Origin: a virus
Taxonomy: Duplodnaviria > Caudoviricetes
Reading direction: 5' to 3' (one strand)
Length of the DNA stretch: 36,839 bases
IMG/VR virus record: IMGVR_UViG_3300002307_001842
Span: 1-36,839 of that record
The position numbers were made by a program, and so were the translations under genes. Under the pieces are notes generated by a model. The model searched no databases, was not told where the DNA came from, and saw only the letters and a program-made list of their open reading frames with translations. Below are positions 9,946 to 18,235 of this stretch, one piece after another (the stretch's first letter is position 1; every line of letters begins with the position of its first letter).

Positions 9946-10515
9946 ATGAAGACACTAGAAAAAATATTATCGAACCCGTGATTAGCTTTAATAACATTAA
10001 TACTAGCATTAACTATTAGAATCGAAAATCCTGCGTTTGTCGAAAGTATTCGTTTACGATATTTTGATACTATTATTACTAGAAAAACAGTTGTCGAGTC
10101 TGAAGGTATTGCGATTGTTAATATTGACGACACAACTTTAGAGAAATTTAGTCAATGGCATTTTAGAACGCACCATTAGACGATGCAAAGAACGCTGTGA
10201 AAACAGCACTACAAATGTTAGGAAATTTAGAGGAGTTTAACAATGAGGTTGCAAAAGAAGGAGTCCCACTATTTGGGATGGGGTTGGGAATCAATACAGA
10301 TACTGTTGTTGTTGGTAATATGGGTAGCAGCCAGCATTTTGATTATACCTGTCTTGGTGATAGGGTTAATATTGCTTCCAGGCTCAAATGACAGTCAAAA
10401 CAGTACGGGGTTAAAATCATTCTGGGTACGAAAACTAGATTGACCGATGTGCAGAGATGATTTTACAGAAATTACCGATCAAATTCTAAGTAACTATCGT
10501 ACAACGTTGAAATAG
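9946..10515 (+). pseudogene. Degraded CHASE2-domain class III adenylate/guanylate cyclase
   Basis: N-terminal ..FVESIRLRYFD..IVNIDD.TLEKFSQW joined to NAPLD and GLGINTDTVVVGNMGS..FDYTCLGD.VNIASRL; in-frame TGA stops, frameshifts, large internal deletion. Confidence 0.85.
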
Positions 10516-10561
10516 TATAAACTGTTTATAAATATCATTATCACTATTATAAAGAGGAATT

Positions 10562-10720
10562 ATGATGAAACAGAAAAAGTTAGTTATGGAACTATATCGA
10601 GCATGTGTCGATCATAATATTAAAAAAGAAAAAGAACTCATCGATGAAGAATTTAGAAAGATCATTAAACGCAAAGAAAAAGGAAAAACACTCGGTACAA
10701 CGTGGACTATTATAAGGTGA
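10562..10720 (+). CDS. Small basic protein upstream of rimK (MMKQKKLVMELYRACVDH...WTIIR)
   Basis: 52 aa; GAGGA RBS; TATAAATA upstream; absent from the ORF track. Confidence 0.7.
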   Translation: MMKQKKLVMELYRACVDHNIKKEKELIDEEFRKIIKRKEKGKTLGTTWTIIR

Positions 10721-10723
10721 TTT

Positions 10724-11608
10724 ATGAAAATATGGATTTTATCAAAAAAAGAAGGATTTGAGTACGAAAACGGAAGACTGATTGAAAGTTTCAATAGTAA
10801 AGGTATTGAAGCAGAAGTGGTAGATCCTAGTTCTTTTGATATCATCGTAAATAAAGATATTAAGCAGGGATTGCGCTATAACGGAAGTCCTGTGGAATTA
10901 CCAAATTTATTATTAGTAAGATTCGGTGCCGGTATTAGTAAATTTATGCTGGCATTGATTCGACAATTAGAAAAATCTGGTGTGGTTTGCATTAATTCAG
11001 CAAATGCTGTCGAAACAGTTAAAGACAAGTTATATACATCACAAATTTTAAGTTCACAAAGTATTGCAATTCCTAATACGATGATGGTTCGATTTCCAGT
11101 TGACCCGGAAGTAGTTGACGAAGAAATTGGTTACCCTTGTGTAGTGAAGATTGTCACCGGTAGTTACGGCGAAGGAGTCTATCTTTGTGATCGCAAAAAG
11201 GACTTTAAAAAATTAATGGAGTTCATCGAAACACTCAAATCTTCAAAAACACTATTAGTACAGGAATACATGGGAGAACGTCCTGGCGAAGACTTACGAG
11301 TGCTTGTTGTTGGCGGTAAAGTAATTGGTGCTATGAAACGTAGCGCCCCGGAAGGTGATTTTAGAGCAAATATTACAAACGGCGGCACCGGGCAAGCATA
11401 CGAACTTACCGACGAAATCGAATACATTGCTCGAGAAACTGCAAAAGTGTTAAATCTCGACATTGCCGGAATTGATTTGTTGTTTGACTCTAGAGGATTT
11501 AGAGTTTGTGAGGCAAATTCAAATCCTGGATTTAGTGGTTTTGAAACTTATTGCGATATTGATGTTGCTGAAGTAATTACAGACTATATCAAATTCCGCT
11601 TGTCATAA
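10724..11608 (+). CDS. rimK: RimK-family ATP-grasp alpha-L-glutamate ligase
   Basis: DKLYTSQIL, P.VVK...GSYGEGV, VQEY, DLRVLVVGG, DFRANITNGG, GIDLL, EANSNPGF. Confidence 0.93.
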   Translation: MKIWILSKKEGFEYENGRLIESFNSKGIEAEVVDPSSFDIIVNKDIKQGLRYNGSPVELPNLLLVRFGAGISKFMLALIRQLEKSGVVCINSANAVETVKDKLYTSQILSSQSIAIPNTMMVRFPVDPEVVDEEIGYPCVVKIVTGSYGEGVYLCDRKKDFKKLMEFIETLKSSKTLLVQEYMGERPGEDLRVLVVGGKVIGAMKRSAPEGDFRANITNGGTGQAYELTDEIEYIARETAKVLNLDIAGIDLLFDSRGFRVCEANSNPGFSGFETYCDIDVAEVITDYIKFRLS

Positions 11609-11627
11609 AAAGTCCCACATTTTATAA

Positions 11628-11744
11628 AACAAAGGTTGCGCACCGTGGAATAACAGTAAGAAGATCGGTGCTCACTCTGAAGAACGTAAGAAAAAAATAT
11701 CCGAGTCAGTCAAAATGAAAGAACTCGGATATAACGGACAATAA
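11628..11744 (+). pseudogene. Homing-endonuclease C-terminal remnant (NUMOD3-like)
   Basis: Start-less frame NKGCAPWNNSKKIGAHSEERKKKISES...GQ*. Confidence 0.65.
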
Positions 11745-11754
11745 GTGCCCCTGT

Positions 11755-11846
11755 TTAAAATGTGAGGGTAGCGAATCTTCACATTTACGGCCGGAGCCGC
11801 CGTGACGCCTTAGGCACAGATAACTGCGACGGTCCTAAGGTGAATC
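11755..11846 (+). ncRNA. Candidate structured RNA, three hairpins, with 23S rRNA H69-H70-like sequence
   Basis: Stems 11758-67/11777-86, 11787-91/11799-803, 11806-14/11834-42; contains TAACTGCGACGGTCCTAAGGT and GGTAGCGAAT; strand not certain. Confidence 0.55.
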
Positions 11847-11943
11847 TTAACTTTCCCCGGATGATACAGATTTTTTACCTTCGTCATCTAGATTAAATTG
11901 ATTAATCTTTTCTTCGGCATGCACACGACCGCGTTCAATAGTT

Positions 11944-12495
11944 TTAAAACCAAAGCATTAACCCTTGTAACATCAGGATAATGCCAGTAATGGCAAATAC
12001 AAAACTACCGTAAAACAGGTAAGCACTTGCTGATAAAATGCTTGTTGATAACACTACAATTGCTAATTGATATGATGTACTTGCATATGCTATCCAAGGA
12101 CTTTTCTTTTTAGCAACATCACGTTCTGTTTCTAATTTCTTAGCCGCAGCAAACAATTCTTGCTTTCCTTCGTTATTTACCGGGTCACTTTCGTAACTTG
12201 CGGCCTTTCGGGTAAAGTTTTCTTTTAACGCAACGTCTTTCGTTTCCACTGCTGCTAATTCGTACATTGTTTGCTTAACACTTTTTGCTTGATAGAAATT
12301 CCAAATGTCATTAGCTTTAATAGTATTATTCATAATAGTACTATTAATTCCATTGTTAATAAACGTATTTGCTGCTAACAATGCTGCAAAGATATTAATA
12401 ACTAATCCAATTCTACCTTTAATTTTTAAATCTGTGTTTTGAGTTTTTTCTTCAACTTTTCTCATTGCTTTCAATCCAACATCTTCAAGTGCCAT
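11944..12495 (-). CDS. DUF4337-like membrane protein
   Basis: TM - ANDIWNFYQAKSVKQ - coiled coil - QLAIVVLS..IL TM pair. Confidence 0.8.
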   Translation of the reverse strand: MALEDVGLKAMRKVEEKTQNTDLKIKGRIGLVINIFAALLAANTFINNGINSTIMNNTIKANDIWNFYQAKSVKQTMYELAAVETKDVALKENFTRKAASYESDPVNNEGKQELFAAAKKLETERDVAKKKSPWIAYASTSYQLAIVVLSTSILSASAYLFYGSFVFAITGIILMLQGLMLWF

Positions 12496-12679
12496 TAACT
12501 TTTGCTCCTAAATTAAATTGTTCGACCGGATCAATTTTTATAAATTGATGTCTTCCGTCGACATATACTATTTTAAAATATTCGCCTTCATTCCATCCAG
12601 CGGTCTTTAGGTTAAAGTCTCTATCTAACACAAGCCGATCAGGTCGAACATCCCAATTATAATCACTATAATATGTCAT
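12485..12679 (-). CDS. Small hypothetical protein
   Basis: 64 aa ORF overlapping the next gene's start. Confidence 0.65.
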   Translation of the reverse strand: MTYYSDYNWDVRPDRLVLDRDFNLKTAGWNEGEYFKIVYVDGRHQFIKIDPVEQFNLGAKVNGT

Positions 12680-12691
12680 TGATCAATCCCT

Positions 12692-12961
12692 TCAAGCGTC
12701 GTTTTTGCTATCAGCACGAGCAATACGATCTACATCAGGTTTCAACCCTAATGCATTACTTATTACTGTGTTGATTCTGATAAAACCGTGATTCATAGTT
12801 TTTACACAGTTATTTGATGCTGTGATAATGCCAGCCATTCCTTTTACAGAACCGGTGATACTTGCTAAAATGAATTTAAGTGTTAGAAAAACAAAATACC
12901 CTGCTACTAATGCAGCAGCGATTGGGAATCCCACTTCTGATACTAGTTTGAAAAAGTCCAT
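12692..12961 (-). CDS. Small single-TM protein (VGFPI motif; YvrJ/holin-like)
   Basis: Real start MDFFKLVSEVGFPIAAALVAGYFV at 12961 behind GGAG and a TAAATA motif. Confidence 0.75.
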   Translation of the reverse strand: MDFFKLVSEVGFPIAAALVAGYFVFLTLKFILASITGSVKGMAGIITASNNCVKTMNHGFIRINTVISNALGLKPDVDRIARADSKNDA

Positions 12962-13109
12962 CGATTCGCTCCCGGTCTTTGTATAGTATTTACCATATTG
13001 GGTAATCAAAAAATTTGACCAAAAACGAGTTTGACAATATAATAGTACTCGTAAAGGCATAACTAAGGCTATAATTGTGACATTAAGGTTAGCAAACGTA
13101 TGAGATCTT

Positions 13110-13593
13110 AATAAAGAAAAGGCAACAAACAGGCAATTATACAGATTAAGGGTGACGGGCCGTTGTAATACCGTTAGTGAGTCCTTTCTGATGTGCAAAG
13201 GTAACTAAATCTAGTCTCTGTAACTAGGCTTCAATTCACTACCCTAGCCTTCTAGTTAGGATGCCTTTGAAATGATTGTCCATGACAGATAACATTTGAA
13301 TTGTCGTAATAGGTTAAGTATAAGCAATTATATTGTTGATCCAATGCGTTCATAGTAACAATTGACACCGAAGTTACTTTAAAAATCGTAGTAGGTGGGG
13401 TAAGGTACAGAGCCCAGAAACGCGGATCTCATTAATACCTACTGTCAAAGCGAAGCGACTCAGATGAGAACCTTTTAAGACATCCCTTTACAGGGTGTCT
13501 TATGGCTCTACAATCTAGATGAGTATTATATTACTGAGAGAAAGAAAAGAAGATAATGCGATCAGCATTATCTTAGATCACACATGTGATCTT
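13110..13593 (+). ncRNA. Candidate large structured ncRNA (or replication-origin region)
   Basis: No credible ORF; about ten nested or serial stems; lies at the strand switch. Confidence 0.5.
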
Positions 13594-13604
13594 TTAAATA
13601 CTAT

Positions 13605-13703
13605 ATGGATATCTTAGATCTATTAGAAATTTTCACGTACATTATAATGTTTGCTGTAATAGGATTTTTTATATCAGCTTTTTTAGAGTTGTTTATTAAA
13701 TAA
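13605..13703 (+). CDS. 32 aa single-TM peptide (MDILDLLEIFTYIIMFAVIGFFISAFLELFIK)
   Basis: Hydrophobic ORF right after a TAAATA motif. Confidence 0.45.
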   Translation: MDILDLLEIFTYIIMFAVIGFFISAFLELFIK

Positions 13704-13937
13704 AACTCTGCAATCTTTGAGGAATAATTATAGAATGTGTTATTTTGATAACATACATTAACACTATTAATGTTTCTCCTATACAGTTACAGAACGAAGA
13801 AAATATGACTATCATTCAAAGGTTAGCAACAGATTTAAAAGATGCAAAATGTTATCAGGGCACTGCCCCAACCAATTCAATTTGGCTTTTATTAAAATGA
13901 TGCTAGACTATATACTTAACTTAAAAAAGAGGTAAAT

Positions 13938-14165
13938 ATGAATAAGTTAGTAATTGTAGCGTTTGCTGCACTTTTTACAGTTGGATGTGCTTCTAAGGGT
14001 AGTGTAGAAGCGTTATCTTCACGTGTATCTGCTCTTGAAGAATCACACACAAATCTTGAAGCAGATCACGCTACTATCAAGTCTGATCACGAAGCAATTA
14101 AGGCAGAACATGCTGACATTTCTTCAAAGCTCGATCGTGCATTTGTGAAGAAGAACTTAAAGTAA
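13938..14165 (+). CDS. Lpp/OprI-like outer-membrane coiled-coil lipoprotein
   Basis: Lipobox TVGC, heptads, C-terminal KLDRAFVKKNLK ending in Lys; GAGG RBS. Confidence 0.8.
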   Translation: MNKLVIVAFAALFTVGCASKGSVEALSSRVSALEESHTNLEADHATIKSDHEAIKAEHADISSKLDRAFVKKNLK

Positions 14166-14184
14166 TTTTTTGAGGGTAGTGTTT

Positions 14185-14253
14185 ATGGCTAAGAAATCTA
14201 AAACTTATAAAGCAGCAGTTCGTGCTATGAAGACTGCCCGAAAGAAAAAGTAA
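14185..14253 (+). CDS. 22 aa highly basic peptide MAKKSKTYKAAVRAMKTARKKK
   Basis: GAGGG RBS, ATG 14185, TAA 14251-53. Confidence 0.5.
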   Translation: MAKKSKTYKAAVRAMKTARKKK

Positions 14254-14256
14254 ACT

Positions 14257-14352
14257 ATGATTAAATGGTTTAAAAGATTGTTTAACAAGGAATATGTTGG
14301 ATATCAACCTCCTTGGATGAAAGGCTCACTTAAGAAAAAATCTGTGCGATAG
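14257..14352 (+). CDS. 31 aa basic peptide MIKWFKRLFNKEYVGYQPPWMKGSLKKKSVR
   Basis: Starts 3 nt after the previous stop. Confidence 0.4.
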   Translation: MIKWFKRLFNKEYVGYQPPWMKGSLKKKSVR

Positions 14353-14369
14353 TATAGAATTTATAAAGT

Positions 14370-14850
14370 TCTGTATGTGTAGTTCTACCGAAAGGCTGAA
14401 GTCGCAAGGGTGTGTGATACAGACATTAAGAATTGTTGTAATTCCATTAATGAATTAGGATTAGTTAAAGGTAGAATTCGACGAAGTAGTAAGTAGTTTG
14501 GGGTAGACGGGAAGTTCGACTCTTCCCCACCTCCACCATAAAGCATATTAGTGAGAGCCGTTAAACCGGAATTATGCGGATTCTCATAAGTGATTCCGGG
14601 GCTAGTATGTTTTATAATGGGGGTGAATTGGAATCGATACACAAATCAGGGACTATGGAGAATCGGCAATACGAAAGTCGTTAGGGTTGGGATTTCCTGG
14701 CCGAAGAAGTAAAACCTATAGACGCAAACGCATCTAAATTTGAGTATATGACAGTTGACGTTGATTTGTTCGCAAGCAACGATGCAGCTGAAATGGTAGC
14801 TTAAACACCTACAACTCCGGGGCAGTTATGCCTTGTCAAATAAAATAACA
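14370..14850 (+). ncRNA. ssrA: Circularly permuted (two-piece) tmRNA; outer boundaries approximate
   Basis: T-arm plus CACCTCC-A-CCA ends at 14538; GGGGGTGAATTGGAATCGA 5' end at 14619 gives a 7 bp acceptor stem with G3.U70; tag frame 14724-14804 ANASKFEYMTVDVDLFASNDAAEMVA*. Confidence 0.9.
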
Positions 14851-14878
14851 ATAAACCCGCTTCGGCGGGTTTATTTTT
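14851..14878 (+). terminator. Intrinsic terminator
   Basis: ATAAACCCGC-TTCG-GCGGGTTTAT-TTTT. Confidence 0.9.
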
Positions 14879-14948
14879 ACCAAACTTTCGTGGCTTCTAA
14901 AATAAATGACTATATAATAAAACTTCTTTTAACATAAGAGCCTACACC

Positions 14949-15971
14949 ATGTATACAAAAAAAGAAATTATTGATATTTTTTCCCACGAAGTAGCCGAAG
15001 ACGATCATGAGATTATTGAGTCAACATTGTTAGCAATTCGTCAACGACAAGTTATCGCTCAGTTTGACATAAATTTAAAGCCATTATTTCCCGAACAAGC
15101 AGATCGAGAAGTGATTGCAAGTATATTAATGCATACTACCGGTGACTTTGATGCTATGATGTCGTTTGCGCAAAATGTAGGAAAACATGATTTTGTAGAT
15201 TATGATAAGTTCTTAACTAATGATAAAGTGCAAGACATAACTGAATGGTTTACTGGCGGCGAATACGAATTAGCAGCATTTAAGAAATTAGCAAACTTTA
15301 AAACTTCAAATAAAGGACCCGGAGAAATTGCATTGTCAATTATGGCTCCTAAATTTTATAGTGTAGGCGACAAAACAGCCCCTGGAGATTTCATTTACAC
15401 AAATGTTCAAAATGAAAAAATTTCAATAGAATTGAAGTCTGCAAATTCTCCACGTTCACACGGTGGACGACTTCACGATGAGACTCGTTCTAACCATGAC
15501 TGGACCGAATGTTTCAATGTATTGAAATATATTCCGACAGTGAACGGTAAATATACTTTAAATCAATACCTAACTTTGCATCGTAAAACCTTGACAGACA
15601 TTAAAAAACGATCAATTGCTAACGTAGTAGTTGATGCTAATTTTAAGTTTGCGATTGATACAACACGATTAAAAGATCTTTTAGTACGCGGTTCTGAAGA
15701 AGAAATTAAAAAGGAATGGGGTGTTCAAAGTTTCTATAATTATAAAAATTATTCAAAGTTTGAAAAACTAATCTTTATAGATTTTTATGGTGGCAGATCG
15801 TTAGTCACTGAAGATATTAAAAATGTACAAGATCAACTAAAATATGGAACTGTGATTTTTTGCGGAGATCTGAGAAAACATTCGAGAGAAATTATGCCGC
15901 AAATAACCATAATGGGCCCGCATTCTCGGTTGAAAACATCCAAAAAAGAGGATGGGTACACCAGCATTTAA
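14949..15971 (+). CDS. Hypothetical protein, PD-(D/E)XK nuclease-like
   Basis: GPGEIALS...PGDF.....SIELKS spacing resembles a restriction-endonuclease-fold active site. Confidence 0.55.
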   Translation: MYTKKEIIDIFSHEVAEDDHEIIESTLLAIRQRQVIAQFDINLKPLFPEQADREVIASILMHTTGDFDAMMSFAQNVGKHDFVDYDKFLTNDKVQDITEWFTGGEYELAAFKKLANFKTSNKGPGEIALSIMAPKFYSVGDKTAPGDFIYTNVQNEKISIELKSANSPRSHGGRLHDETRSNHDWTECFNVLKYIPTVNGKYTLNQYLTLHRKTLTDIKKRSIANVVVDANFKFAIDTTRLKDLLVRGSEEEIKKEWGVQSFYNYKNYSKFEKLIFIDFYGGRSLVTEDIKNVQDQLKYGTVIFCGDLRKHSREIMPQITIMGPHSRLKTSKKEDGYTSI

Positions 15972-16098
15972 TATAACCGATCACTTTTTAATAATTAGAA
16001 AAACGTATTGAAGAAGGTCGGTAATAAGGCAAGGATTAATCTCATATATCATAATATTCTCACAGATTAATTGTTAACATATAAATATTTGATTAAAA

Positions 16099-17079
16099 AT
16101 GATAGACGATTTACATTATAGACTGAAGACAGCATTACACAACAGCCTCTACTCGTACCCCGATTATAAGGATAGTGTACTGCATCGAATTATTGATGAT
16201 TTAGAAAACTACACAGCTTTTTCGGAAGTTTATTATAACTATATTCCCGTAGAAAAAGTAATAGAACACGATTTCGGAAGTGGGTTAATAGGTACAAATT
16301 TAGACACTTCGGATATTGATTTACTTTCTCTTAATACATACAAGAAGACATTAAAATATATAAATGCTCAAACATCTTATAGTGATATCATATGGACTTA
16401 CGAGAAAAGAGATGGTAGAACATTTGATTACGGCGCAATGAGTTTTACTTTAGTATATCGCCAACTTAATAAAGAATTTTTGTCTCTAGGCGATGCAACT
16501 AGAAGTGTTTCTCACCTAGGTGCTATTAAATTTAACTTACTTACCGTGTATAATGAAGATATTTTTAAAGAATATCACAATTATCTATTGGCTCCAGGAA
16601 GATCAATACAATTTTGGATTAGATTGATGAATATTGCTTATCAATCGTTATTGGTATTGCCAGATAAAGAATTTAATTGGTATTTAAATCCTGCACAAAA
16701 TGAATTATACTCTAAAACATTAGAAATTTGGTCATGGTTAGGTCTACCATACCCTGAGTTATGTAAACAAGGATACGATCCTCTACTATCAAAGTATGTG
16801 TTTCAGTATATTACAATTGCTAAGAATATTTTAGAAAACAACGATTATCTATTTTCTGAAACAGAAAAACAATATATAATCGCTTTAAAAAATGAAGAAT
16901 TAAGTTACAAAGATTATTTAGAAATTAAAAAAAATATTTGGAAACCGTTCAGAAAGGCCGTAGAATCTATTTCACATAGGTATTTTTTGGGTTACGGTAA
17001 TACTATTGAAAAATCTACAAAGTACTTAGGAACCGACGGTGACATGTACATATTAAATTTATTCAATTCAGGAAAATAA
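16099..17079 (+). CDS. Hypothetical protein (Tyr-rich)
   Basis: 326 aa ORF preceded by TATAAATA. Confidence 0.7.
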   Translation: MIDDLHYRLKTALHNSLYSYPDYKDSVLHRIIDDLENYTAFSEVYYNYIPVEKVIEHDFGSGLIGTNLDTSDIDLLSLNTYKKTLKYINAQTSYSDIIWTYEKRDGRTFDYGAMSFTLVYRQLNKEFLSLGDATRSVSHLGAIKFNLLTVYNEDIFKEYHNYLLAPGRSIQFWIRLMNIAYQSLLVLPDKEFNWYLNPAQNELYSKTLEIWSWLGLPYPELCKQGYDPLLSKYVFQYITIAKNILENNDYLFSETEKQYIIALKNEELSYKDYLEIKKNIWKPFRKAVESISHRYFLGYGNTIEKSTKYLGTDGDMYILNLFNSGK

Positions 17080-17170
17080 AATAGCATAAATTAATCTTAA
17101 CGATGTATTGGTTCACTTTAACAAATACACCCCAAAGATGTTACTGTATAAAAAATAACAAAGATTTAAA

Positions 17171-17644
17171 ATGGCAACAATTTTTACAATTAATAATGAT
17201 AACGAACTCGAAGAAGTTACACAAATATTTGGCGGACAATACGATCACAGAAAGCATATTTTCTCAGTAGAGAATAAACTTTCTTGGAGTAAATTTGAAA
17301 TTACAAACCTAAAGTTAAAGAATGTAGGGTCTGATATCTTTTCTACAAATGATTACTACGAGACAACACCTCATTGGCATTATGGTGCAGAAGAACGATT
17401 AATTTTATCCGGGACAGGTAGATTTTATATCCCAACCGAAAACGAAATGTATGTTATAGATGTTGAATCAGGTGATTTAATTTGGCTAAGTCCTTGTTTG
17501 CAACATTGGTTCGAAACGGATAGTATCATGGCTGCACGATTTTTTTCTGAAGATAACGCGCATATCGAACATAAAAATAACATTTCGTATGAAGTTACTA
17601 ACTGGCATGCTCTATACAATCAAGGATTTAAACCACGATTATAA
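17171..17644 (+). CDS. Acireductone dioxygenase-like cupin
   Basis: HWH...EERLILSGTGRF...GDLI.L.P...HWF. Confidence 0.75.
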   Translation: MATIFTINNDNELEEVTQIFGGQYDHRKHIFSVENKLSWSKFEITNLKLKNVGSDIFSTNDYYETTPHWHYGAEERLILSGTGRFYIPTENEMYVIDVESGDLIWLSPCLQHWFETDSIMAARFFSEDNAHIEHKNNISYEVTNWHALYNQGFKPRL

Positions 17645-17742
17645 AAATTTTAATGACAGGGTCGAGCGGGGTTATTGGATCACACATGTCTGCTCGATTA
17701 GAAAAAACTTTTAAAAATTGGAGAAGTATATTAAATGATTGA
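17641..17742 (+). pseudogene. NAD-dependent epimerase/dehydratase remnant
   Basis: IKILMTGSSGVIGSHM (GxxGxxG Rossmann start, ATA at the presumed start) followed by only ~17 residues. Confidence 0.6.
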
Positions 17743-18235
17743 AACAGGGCATGTAGAACCTTGGTGGAACCAACAACATCTTTATCTTAATTACGTCGAT
17801 ACACAATTTAATAACAAAGACGATTTAATAAGATGGGGCAAAGACGGATTTCTTTTACATGATCATGTCGGAGGGGTTTACATACTTCAACGTGAAAATA
17901 CTATTTGGGAAGATCTGTTCTTTACAAAATTTAACGGTAAAAATGTTGGTGTAACTGCATTTAAGATGCGCCCAGGCTTTTTTATTCCAGGTCATTGTGA
18001 TAGTTATTCGTTTTATAAAATGAAGAACAACATTACCAATTTATCACAAATAAAACGGGCTGTTATTTTTCTCGAAGACTGGAAATCTGGACATTTTTTA
18101 GAGGTTGATAATACTCCGATTGTTGATTGGAAAGCAGGAGATTATGTTATATGGCAAGGCGACACACATCATCTTGCCGCAAATTTAGGATCTGAAGATC
18201 GATATACTGCACAAATAACATTTACCTATGATTAA
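17735..18235 (+). CDS. Fe(II)/2-oxoglutarate oxygenase-like (DSBH) protein
   Basis: PGHCD (HxD), RAVIFLEDWKSGH, HLAANLG..DRYT.QIT. Confidence 0.75.
   Translation: MIETGHVEPWWNQQHLYLNYVDTQFNNKDDLIRWGKDGFLLHDHVGGVYILQRENTIWEDLFFTKFNGKNVGVTAFKMRPGFFIPGHCDSYSFYKMKNNITNLSQIKRAVIFLEDWKSGHFLEVDNTPIVDWKAGDYVIWQGDTHHLAANLGSEDRYTAQITFTYD

Noticed and set aside
11755-11846. True rRNA gene or rRNA pseudogene
   Set aside because: Only short rearranged segments match, with no flanking rRNA sequence.
11815-11860. Twister or other small ribozyme (TAAC...CGGTCCTAAG resembles part of twister)
   Set aside because: The closing P4 strand and the downstream pseudoknot partner are not present; no hammerhead or HDV core could be completed by eye.
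13031-13075. sigma70 promoter for the 13.1 kb region
   Set aside because: TTGACA and TATAAT are both present but not at 16-18 nt spacing.
12962-13198. N-terminal extension of the 168 aa minus-strand ORF
   Set aside because: It crosses the promoter motif and the structured region; RBS and ATG at 12961 mark the real start.
14385-14642. 85 aa minus-strand ORF
   Set aside because: Antisense to the tmRNA; no protein features.
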